This document shows, one piece after another, positions 55,142-62,442 of a stretch of 62,442 nucleotides of DNA; within the stretch, counting starts at the first letter, position 1; each line of letters starts with the position of its first letter. The DNA is taken from NCBI GenBank assembly GCA_026982475.1, contig JALSHB010000126.1, forward strand, positions 1-62,442, given 5' to 3'. A model generated the notes under the pieces. That model was not told the origin of the DNA and searched no databases. It saw only the letters and a program-made list of their open reading frames with translations. The stretch comes from Chromatiales bacterium. GTDB taxonomy: Bacteria > Pseudomonadota > Gammaproteobacteria > SZUA-152. A program made the translations under genes and the position numbers.

Positions 55142-57388
55142 TTGCGGGTCGTCCCGCGCGTGACACCCCGCCATCAAAAGGCCCGTCGGCCGCTTGCCGT
55201 CACCCTGTTGGCGGTGGCAAACCTGTTGGCGTGCCTGTCACCCGTGCTCGCCGCCGGCGAGGCGGGAAAGTGGCGCTACTGTCTGCCGGCGCCACGCCTC
55301 GCCGAACAACCGCCGGCCCCGGCGGACGACAAGCTGCACTTCAGCGCCGACTTCGCCGAGGCCGAGGGCGACCGCTATCGCCTGTGGGGCAATGTCCTGG
55401 GGCAGCGCGGCGCGCAGAGCCTGTTCGCCGAACAGATCACCTACGATGCCGCCAGCGAGGCGGCGCAGGCGCAGGGCGGGATTCGCTACCGCAGCGGTGA
55501 ACGCCTGCTGTTCGGTAGTCAGGCCGACCTGGCCCTGGGCGACGAGACGGGCGAGATCGACCGGGCAAGCTTCTGGCTGCTGGACAAGCACCTGCGAGGC
55601 CGCGCCGAGACGCTGTTCATCGAAGGCCCGGCGCGCATGCGCCTGCAAAGCACCCTGTTTACCACCTGCGACGAAGGCCACGAGTTCTGGCGCCTGAAGG
55701 CGGCCCGGCTGGCGCTGGATCAGGCCGAGAACGTGGGCGTTGCCCACCATGCGCGGCTGGAGCTGCTGGGGGTACCGGTGTTCTACACCCCCTATCTGAG
55801 CTTTCCGCTGGCGGGCCGCAAGACGGGCTTTCTGATCCCCAGCATCGGTGACTCGTCGCGTTCCGGGCAGGAAATCAGCCTCCCCTGGTATCTCAATATC
55901 GCCCCCGACAAGGACGCCACCCTGACGCCCCGCTACATGAGCAAGCGCGGCGTGCTGTGGGACGGCGAGTTCCGCTATCTCAACGCGCGCAGCCGGGGAG
56001 ACATCTCCCTTGCCTACCTGCCGGGCGACAGGGTCTACGGCGGCGACCGCCGCGCCATCGCCATCAACCACCTCGGCGATCCCGCTCCCGGCTGGCGCAC
56101 CAGCCTGCGTTATCGGCGGGTCTCGGATGGCGATTACCTCAACGACTTCGGCACCCGGCTCAATGTCACCAGCATCACCCACCTGGAGAGCCGCGCCGAG
56201 GCGAGCTACGGCGACGACCGCTGGAACGCCTCGCTGATGGTGCAGAAATACCAGACCCTGGACCCGCTGCAGCCGCTCACGGCGCGTCCCTATGCCCGCC
56301 TGCCGCAACTCAAGCTGGGCATGTCCACCCTGCCCCTGGCCGGCGGCCTGGCCCTGGACGCCCATGCCGAGCTGGTGCGTTTCGAGCGCGAGGCCGGCGT
56401 GATCGGCAATCGCATCGACATCCAGCCGTCGCTCTCCCTGCCCCTGGCATCGGACGCGGCCTTTCTCACCCCGCGGCTGAGCTTTCGCCATACCCGCTAT
56501 GCCCTGCAACGCACCGCGCCGGGCAGTGACGCGAGCCCGGTGCGCAACCTGCCCCTGTTCAGCCTCGACTCCGGGCTGTTCTTCGAGCGCAACCTGAGCG
56601 CCGGGCGCGCCAGCCTGCAGACCCTGGAGCCGCGCCTGTTCTACCTTTACGTGCCCTATGTGGACCAGTCCGAACTGATCGTCGATGAAAACGGTGTGTC
56701 ACGGGTGTTCGACAGCAGCCAGCCGCTGCTCAGCATCGGCCAGATGTTCCGCGACAACCGTTTCAACGGCGCCGACCGCGTGGGCGACGCCAACCAGCTG
56801 AGCACGGTGCTGACCAGCCGCTTCCTCGACGACGACGGGCGGGAACTCGCCAGCGCCTCCCTGGGTCGTATCTTCTACTTCAGCGACCGCCAGGTCACCC
56901 TGCCCGGCCGGGCCGTGGAGACACAGGTGGCCTCCAACTGGCTGGGCCAGGTGAACACCCACTGGACGTCCGCGCTCAACAGCCGCCTGAGCCTGGAATG
57001 GGACGCGGAGGAGCGCCAGGTGGCGCGGGGCACCGCCAGCCTGCGCTATCATCCGGGCCCGCGCAGCGCCCTCAACATGGGCTATCGCTTCGAGCGGGAC
57101 CGCCTCGAACAGACCGACTTCTCCGTGATGTGGCCCGTCTGGAAAGGCCTCAGCCTACTCGGCCGGCGGCGCTACTCGATCCAGGACGATCTGCTGCTGG
57201 AGAGCGTGGCCGGTTTCGAATACGAAAGCTGCTGCTGGACCGTGCGCGTGGTGAGGCGCCACTACCGGGTCAATGTCAAGGACGAGACCCTCACCGAAAC
57301 CCTTTGGCTCCAGCTGGAGCTGAAAGGCCTGTCCAGCGTGGGGCGGGATGTCGAGAGCCTGCTGGCGCGTGATATCCTAGCGCGCTGA
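55142..57388 (+). CDS. lptD: LPS assembly outer-membrane protein LptD
   Basis: 748 aa with a TTG start (GTG at 55160 is possible). Large beta-barrel. The position upstream of surA-pdxA-rsmA is the conserved one. Confidence 0.9.
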   Translation: MRVVPRVTPRHQKARRPLAVTLLAVANLLACLSPVLAAGEAGKWRYCLPAPRLAEQPPAPADDKLHFSADFAEAEGDRYRLWGNVLGQRGAQSLFAEQITYDAASEAAQAQGGIRYRSGERLLFGSQADLALGDETGEIDRASFWLLDKHLRGRAETLFIEGPARMRLQSTLFTTCDEGHEFWRLKAARLALDQAENVGVAHHARLELLGVPVFYTPYLSFPLAGRKTGFLIPSIGDSSRSGQEISLPWYLNIAPDKDATLTPRYMSKRGVLWDGEFRYLNARSRGDISLAYLPGDRVYGGDRRAIAINHLGDPAPGWRTSLRYRRVSDGDYLNDFGTRLNVTSITHLESRAEASYGDDRWNASLMVQKYQTLDPLQPLTARPYARLPQLKLGMSTLPLAGGLALDAHAELVRFEREAGVIGNRIDIQPSLSLPLASDAAFLTPRLSFRHTRYALQRTAPGSDASPVRNLPLFSLDSGLFFERNLSAGRASLQTLEPRLFYLYVPYVDQSELIVDENGVSRVFDSSQPLLSIGQMFRDNRFNGADRVGDANQLSTVLTSRFLDDDGRELASASLGRIFYFSDRQVTLPGRAVETQVASNWLGQVNTHWTSALNSRLSLEWDAEERQVARGTASLRYHPGPRSALNMGYRFERDRLEQTDFSVMWPVWKGLSLLGRRRYSIQDDLLLESVAGFEYESCCWTVRVVRRHYRVNVKDETLTETLWLQLELKGLSSVGRDVESLLARDILAR

Positions 57389-57443
57389 TATCCCCCCGGG
57401 CGATGGCGTTTGTCGCTCGATTGATAAAAGAGCCGTGGCCGCC

Positions 57444-57519
57444 ATTCGCCACAGAGACGCGGCGTCACGCGTTCAGTGGTATTCAGCCACTCTCCGTGTC
57501 CTCTGCGCCTCTGTGGCGA
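57444..57519. repeat. inverted repeat in the lptD-surA spacer (ttcgccacagag ... ctctgtggcgaa, arms continue imperfectly)
   Basis: The right side, ctctccgtgtcctctgcgcctctgtgg, resembles 61992-62015. Confidence 0.7.
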
Positions 57520-57559
57520 ACGCAATGACTACGAACCGTAAAAATTTCTGGAATCCATC

Positions 57560-58867
57560 GTGTTGAAAAAAGTCGTCTTTCCTTTCCTGACCGGGCTTGC
57601 CCTGCTGCTGGTCGCCTCCCTGTTCCCCGCCCAGGCGACCCCGGACAGCGGTGAGCTGCTCGACCGGGTGGTCGCCATCGTCAACGACGATGTCATCACC
57701 CAGCTCGAACTGGCCAGCGAGGTGGCGCTGATCAAGGGCCAGCTGCGTGCGCAGAACACCCGCATCCCCCCGGACGACATCCTGCAGCGGCAGATCCTCG
57801 ACCGCATGGTGCTGCGCCGCATCCAGCTGCAGCTGGCGCAAAGGGCGCACATCAGCGTCGACGACGAAACCCTCAACCGCACCCTGGAAAGCATCGCCCG
57901 GCAGAACAACCTGAGCCTGCTGGAGTTCCGCGACGTGCTCGAAAGAGAGGGCATGCCGTACCAGCGCTTCCGCGAAAACATGCGTGACGAGATCACCATC
58001 AATCGCCTGCAGAAGCGCCAGGTCAACGACCGCATCAACATCACCCCGCAGGAGGTCGACGCCTTCCTCGCCAATCGCGCCCTGCAGACCGGTGCCCAGT
58101 ACGAATACAAACTCGGCCACATCCTCATCAGCGTACCCGAGGCCGCCAGCCCCGAGGCCATTGCCAGCGCGCGGAAAAAGGCCAACAAGGTGGTCGCCGA
58201 GCTGCGCGCCGGGGCCGATTTCGCCGAGACGGCGGTGGCCGTGTCCGACGGCCGTCAGGCCCTGGAAGGCGGCAGCCTGGGCTGGCGCGAGGCCTCCGCC
58301 CTGCCCACCCTGTTCGCCGACTGGGTCAAGGGTCGCGAGGTGGGCGCCATCAGCGACGCCATCCGCAGCCCCAGTGGTTTTCACATCATCAAGCTGCTGG
58401 ACCGGCGCAGCAACCAGCCACAGCTGCTGGTGACCCAGACCCATGCGCGCCACATCCTGATTCGCGTCGACGACCCCACCCGCAGCGCCCGCGCCCGCCA
58501 GCGCATCGAAGACCTCAAGCTGCGCATCGAGTCCGGCGAGGACTTCGCCGACCTGGCGCGCGCCAACTCCGACGATCCGGGCTCCGGCGCGCAGGGCGGC
58601 GACCTCGGCTGGATCAATCCCGGCACCATGGTGGCGCCGTTCGAAAAGGCCATGAACGCCCTCGCCGTGGGACAGATCAGCGAGCCGGTGCAGAGCCGTT
58701 TCGGCTGGCATATCATCGAGGTGCTGGGCCGCCGCGAGCAGGACCGCACCGAAGACATGAAGCGCAGCAAGGCCCGCGAGGCCATCCGCGCCAGCAAGCT
58801 GGAGCCCGCCATGCAGGCCTGGCTGCGGCGCCTGCGTGACGAGGCCTATGTGGAGCTTCGCCTGTAA
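57560..58867 (+). CDS. surA: periplasmic chaperone / peptidyl-prolyl isomerase SurA
   Basis: 435 aa. Signal peptide, N-terminal chaperone domain, two parvulin domains (GGSLGW.., GGDLGW..). Confidence 0.95.
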   Translation: MLKKVVFPFLTGLALLLVASLFPAQATPDSGELLDRVVAIVNDDVITQLELASEVALIKGQLRAQNTRIPPDDILQRQILDRMVLRRIQLQLAQRAHISVDDETLNRTLESIARQNNLSLLEFRDVLEREGMPYQRFRENMRDEITINRLQKRQVNDRINITPQEVDAFLANRALQTGAQYEYKLGHILISVPEAASPEAIASARKKANKVVAELRAGADFAETAVAVSDGRQALEGGSLGWREASALPTLFADWVKGREVGAISDAIRSPSGFHIIKLLDRRSNQPQLLVTQTHARHILIRVDDPTRSARARQRIEDLKLRIESGEDFADLARANSDDPGSGAQGGDLGWINPGTMVAPFEKAMNALAVGQISEPVQSRFGWHIIEVLGRREQDRTEDMKRSKAREAIRASKLEPAMQAWLRRLRDEAYVELRL

Positions 58868-58924
58868 CAGCGTCGTTTGTCATAGCGGCGCGGCGACACG
58901 GCGAAAAACAATCATCGCAATTTA

Positions 58925-58988
58925 GTGGGAGTGGCTTCAGCCGCGAATGTGTGGCGCTCATGGCCATCGCGGCTGAAGCCGCTCCCAC
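58925..58988. repeat. 22-bp-arm hairpin (gtgggagYggcttcagccgcga) between surA and pdxA
   Basis: Left arm 58925-58946, right arm 58967-58988, one mismatch, 20-nt loop. A degenerate half-copy lies at about 34505-34525. Confidence 0.85.
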
Positions 58989-59081
58989 AAATGAAGGGGG
59001 TTCTCCGTCGCCGCGCCCCTGTGGCAAACCAGCATCCACGTCTTTCAGTACCCGATCAAACCCAGGCCGTCGCATTCACCC

Positions 59082-60107
59082 ATGTCCACTTTCATCCCAA
59101 CCCTGGCCCTCACCCCCGGCGAACCCGCCGGCATCGGTCCCGAACTCTGCGTACAGTTGGCCCAGCGGGACCTGCCGGCGCGGATCGTCGCGCTGGCCGA
59201 TGCGCCGTGGCTGGGCGAGACCGCGAGGCGCATGGACCTGCCCCTGCGCATCGAACCCTTCGACCCACAGGCGCCGGCACGGCCTTCGCGCGCCGGTGTG
59301 CTGAGCGTGTTGTCGCTACCCCTGGCGGCGCCCGTCGAGCCCGGCCGGCCATGCACGGCCAATGGCGCCCATGTGCTGGCGACGCTGGATGCGGCGGTGG
59401 ACGGCTGCCTCGACGGCCGTTTCGATGCCCTGGTCACCGGCCCCGTGCACAAGGGCGTGATCAACGACTACCTGCAAGCCACCGGCGCCGTGGACGAGGG
59501 CATCTTTTCCGGCCACACCGAATATCTTGCCCAACGCAGCGGCGGTGCCCTGCCGGTGATGATGCTGGCCACCGAGGGCCTGCGGGTGGCACTGGTCACC
59601 ACCCACCTGCCGCTGGCCGAGGTGCCGGCCGCCATCACCCGTGAGCGCCTGGGCGAGACCCTCGACATCCTCCACGCCGACCTGCAAAAGGACTTCGGGA
59701 TCGCGCGGCCGCGCATCCTGGTCTGCGGCCTCAACCCCCACGCCGGCGAAGACGGCCACCTGGGGCGAGAGGAAATCGACATCATCACCCCGGTGCTGGC
59801 GCAGAGGCGCCGGCGCGGCTGGCGCGTGGAGGGCCCGCTGCCGGCGGATACCCTGTTCACGCCGCACAACCTGGCGCGTGCCGATGCGGTGCTGGCCATG
59901 TATCATGACCAGGGTCTGCCGGTGCTCAAGCACCTGGGCTTCGGCCGCGCCGTGAACATCACCCTCGGTCTGCCGCTGATCCGCACCTCCGTCGATCACG
60001 GCACCGCCCTGGAACTGGCGGGCAGCGGACAGGCGCGCATCGACAGCCTGATGCTGGCCGTGGAGCTGGCCACCAGAATGGCCATCGAGAGGCAGGCAAA
60101 CCCATGA
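59082..60107 (+). CDS. pdxA: 4-hydroxythreonine-4-phosphate dehydrogenase
   Basis: 341 aa. Contains [17 protein letters not shown] and SVDHGTA. Confidence 0.95.
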   Translation: MSTFIPTLALTPGEPAGIGPELCVQLAQRDLPARIVALADAPWLGETARRMDLPLRIEPFDPQAPARPSRAGVLSVLSLPLAAPVEPGRPCTANGAHVLATLDAAVDGCLDGRFDALVTGPVHKGVINDYLQATGAVDEGIFSGHTEYLAQRSGGALPVMMLATEGLRVALVTTHLPLAEVPAAITRERLGETLDILHADLQKDFGIARPRILVCGLNPHAGEDGHLGREEIDIITPVLAQRRRRGWRVEGPLPADTLFTPHNLARADAVLAMYHDQGLPVLKHLGFGRAVNITLGLPLIRTSVDHGTALELAGSGQARIDSLMLAVELATRMAIERQANP

Positions 60108-60883
60108 ACGATCACCGTCCCCGCAAGCGCTTCGGGCAGAATTTTCTTCAGGACCCGAACGTGGTGGCGAAGATCGTCCATGCCATCGCCCCGGCACCCG
60201 ACGACCACCTGGTGGAGATCGGCCCCGGCCTCGGCGCCCTCACCGAGGCGCTGCTGCCGCAGGTGAGGGCCATGGACGCGGTGGAGCTGGACCGGGACCT
60301 GATCCCCAAACTGGCGCAGCGCTGCGGCGCCCTCGGCCAGCTGCGCATTCACAGCGCCGATGCGCTGAAATTCGACTTCGCCGCCCTCGCCGCCGACGGC
60401 CGGCCGCTGCGCATCATCGGCAACCTGCCCTACAACATCTCCACGCCATTGATGTTTCACCTGCTGAAGAGCCGCGCCGTGATCCGCGACATGCACTTCA
60501 TGTTGCAAAAGGAAGTGGTCGAGCGCCTGTCCGCGACGCCGGGCGGCAAGGACTACGGTCGCCTCAGCGTGATGATGCAATACCACTGCGCGGTGGAGGC
60601 CCTGTTCGATGTGCCGCCCGGCGCCTTCAATCCACCACCCAAGGTGAATTCCGCGGTGGTGCGCCTGCGTCCCTGGGAGCAGCCGCCGGTGTCGGTGCCC
60701 GACGTGGCATTGCTGGAAAAACTGGTCACCCAGGCCTTTTCCCAGCGTCGCAAGACCCTGCGCAACACCCTCAAGGGCCTGCTCAGCGCCGAACAGATCG
60801 CCGCCCGGGACATCGACCCGGCGCGCCGCGCCGAAACCCTGAGCCTGAAGGAATTCGCCGCCCTCAGCCGAGCGGTCGAGTGA
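60104..60883 (+). CDS. rsmA: 16S rRNA (adenine1518/1519-N6)-dimethyltransferase
   Basis: 259 aa. Contains [19 protein letters not shown] and GNLPYNIS. Confidence 0.95.
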   Translation: MNDHRPRKRFGQNFLQDPNVVAKIVHAIAPAPDDHLVEIGPGLGALTEALLPQVRAMDAVELDRDLIPKLAQRCGALGQLRIHSADALKFDFAALAADGRPLRIIGNLPYNISTPLMFHLLKSRAVIRDMHFMLQKEVVERLSATPGGKDYGRLSVMMQYHCAVEALFDVPPGAFNPPPKVNSAVVRLRPWEQPPVSVPDVALLEKLVTQAFSQRRKTLRNTLKGLLSAEQIAARDIDPARRAETLSLKEFAALSRAVE

Positions 60884-60899
60884 ACCGGGAACAGCGCTG

Positions 60900-61670
60900 A
60901 TGGCCTTCGGAATCGCCGGTATCCTGGAATTGTTGCTGGCGCCGCCGGGGCTGTCGATCTGGCTGATACTGGCCGGGGTCTGGCTGCTGTACCGGGGCCG
61001 TCGTTCACGGCTGGGGCTTGGCCTGGCCGGCTCGGGCCTGGCCCTTCTGTATCTGTTCAGCACCCCGCTGGTTGCCCAGCTGCTGCTCGCCGGCCTGCAG
61101 ACCGCGCCGGTGATTCCGCCTGCCAGACTGGATGAACAGGGCGCCCAGGCCATCATCGTGCTCGGCGCCGGACGGCGCAAGGACGCCGGGGAGTACGGCA
61201 TCGACACGCTGAATTCCCTGGCGCTGGAGCGCCTGCGCTATGCGGCCTTCATCGCCCGGCGCACGGATCTGCCGGTGCTGGTCAGCGGTGGCCTGGCGAT
61301 CGATGGCCGCCCCCCCGAGGCCATGTTGATGATGGAGGTCATGGAGGCCGAGTTTGGCGTGCCGATTCGCTGGGTGGAATCCGACAGCCGCACCACCTTT
61401 GAAAATGCCCGCTACAGCAGCCGGATCCTGCGGGATTCAAGGATCCAGCGGGCCTTTGTGGTCAGTCATGCCTGGCACATGCCGAGGGTGCTGTGGTCTT
61501 TCGACAAATCCGGCCTGGACGTGGTGCCGGCGCCAACGGTATTCGAGCCATGGGGCGAGGGAGGCCTGATCTTGCAGGACATCCTGCCCAGTGCGCGAGC
61601 CCTGCAAAAGACCGCCTATGCCTTTCATGAATATCTGGGGAATGTCTGGTACCGGCTTCGCTATTCGTGA
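60900..61670 (+). CDS. YdcF/ElyC-family (DUF218) membrane-anchored protein
   Basis: 256 aa. N-terminal TM segments, then IIVLGAG..., VLVSGG and VVSHAWHMPR. Confidence 0.75.
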   Translation: MAFGIAGILELLLAPPGLSIWLILAGVWLLYRGRRSRLGLGLAGSGLALLYLFSTPLVAQLLLAGLQTAPVIPPARLDEQGAQAIIVLGAGRRKDAGEYGIDTLNSLALERLRYAAFIARRTDLPVLVSGGLAIDGRPPEAMLMMEVMEAEFGVPIRWVESDSRTTFENARYSSRILRDSRIQRAFVVSHAWHMPRVLWSFDKSGLDVVPAPTVFEPWGEGGLILQDILPSARALQKTAYAFHEYLGNVWYRLRYS

Positions 61671-61859
61671 ACCGGCATGGCGGGGGTACAAAAAGATTCA
61701 CCCCAGTGATGCACCGGGGTGAGATTGGCGGACAGAAAGGCCATAAACTACCCCGCAGCCAGCCATCTCGCTGCGTTCGGCTTTTCCCCTCGTGATACCG
61801 CTCCGCGCCATGGCTGCATTCCCCTGCCCTTTTCCCGGCGCGGAGCGCCTGAGGAGGCG

Positions 61860-62059
61860 TCACACCGCAGAGCAGTGTGACAAGTGGTTTTTACTTCCTG
61901 AACCCGTAGATTCAGGATTCTTTCATTCGTTTGCGTTGATTGGCGTTGATTGGCGGACTATTTTCACGCGCATCATTCCAGCCTTCTTTTTCTCCGTGCC
62001 TCCGTGTCTCTGTGGTTGATTCTTTACTCTCATCACACCGCAGAGCAATGTGACAAGTG
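61860..62059. repeat. composite repeat block bounded by 27-bp direct repeats
   Basis: tcacaccgcagagcagtgtgacaagtg (61860-61886) and tcacaccgcagagcaatgtgacaagtg (62033-62059). The interior holds the REP at 61897-61916, gcgttgattg x2.3 at 61933-61959, and ctccgtgcctccgtgtctctgtgg at 61992-62015. Confidence 0.8.
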
Positions 62060-62233
62060 CTTGTTATCAACATTGATGGTTATGTCCATCTTGTCCCCCA
62101 TGTTGAAAACCGAAAAGAGATCTTCTTGAAAACAACGCGGAGTTCAGGGAATTCAACCTATGGATTCTGGCCAAAAGTATGTCGGAATGAATAGTTACTC
62201 TATGGAGAGCGGCGGGGAGTCGATCCCGGGCGA

Positions 62234-62442
62234 TCAAAGCCTGTTCAGCTCCCGGTTCAGTTTTTCCTCGATGCGCCGCTTGTATTTCAGATAGTCGATG
62301 GCCTGCACCCCGCCATTGCGCTGGTTGCCCAGCAGGCTCGGGGAAAGGTCGACGTCGGTGATATAGATGGGATATTTCAGACCGCTGCCGCGCTTGTCCA
62401 ATACATAGTGCGCGACTTCGCGGAAAAGGTTCTTGCCGTGAT
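62234..62442 (-). CDS. hypothetical protein, C-terminal fragment (5' end beyond the right edge)
   Basis: Own translation of the minus strand: ...HGKNLFREVAHYVLDKRGSGLKYPIYITDVDLSPSLLGNQRNGGVQAIDYLKYKRRIEEKLNRELNRL*. The frame is open to the edge. Family not recognised. Confidence 0.55.
   Translation of the reverse strand, partial: HGKNLFREVAHYVLDKRGSGLKYPIYITDVDLSPSLLGNQRNGGVQAIDYLKYKRRIEEKLNRELNRL

Noticed and set aside
62205-62236. tRNA-like T-arm (ggggagtcgatccc).
   Set aside because: Only a 3-bp stem can form around the 7-nt loop. There is no acceptor, D or anticodon arm, and the segment overlaps the stop of the terminal CDS.

Overview
GC-rich (about 60-65% by eye) gammaproteobacterial chromosome segment covering the replication-origin neighbourhood. 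I recognise about 60 protein genes. Left to right: SulP (partial), NhaD and SLC13 transporters; trmB-thiG-thiS; a di-iron MBL-fold protein, cytochrome c5 and a Cache-like/4-TM membrane protein; rlmI; divergent oxyR and Prx-Grx; lgt-thyA-folA; two tandem double-receiver genes; ygjP-glmS-glmU; the full atp operon; parB-parA-rsmG-mnmG; an MCP; a RES/Xre toxin-antitoxin pair; hemYXDC; fbp; gyrB-recF-dnaN-dnaA; then divergently rpmH-rnpA-yidD-yidC-mnmE, lptD-surA-pdxA-rsmA and a DUF218 gene. No rRNA, tRNA, CRISPR array, transposase or prophage gene was seen. Almost everything is conserved housekeeping, and I do not see a convincing new multi-gene system. The observations most worth a second look are: (1) a tandem pair of orphan pseudo-receiver+receiver genes that share a 67-bp tract identical at the DNA level; (2) a cytoplasmic Cache/PDC-like domain fused to a YqhA/PsiE-like 4-TM module; (3) a candidate oriC in the dnaA-dnaN spacer rather than rpmH-dnaA, with parS sites inside recF; (4) rnpA, whose conserved N-terminus lies upstream of any ATG/GTG/TTG; (5) a RES-Xre toxin-antitoxin (TA) pair with an operator palindrome abutting its -10; (6) several families of palindromic or tandem intergenic repeats, including a 563-bp repeat-filled convergent spacer; (7) a 400-bp low-GC spacer with a candidate sRNA. 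All protein calls rest on my own recognition of the translated ORFs, and no database was searched.
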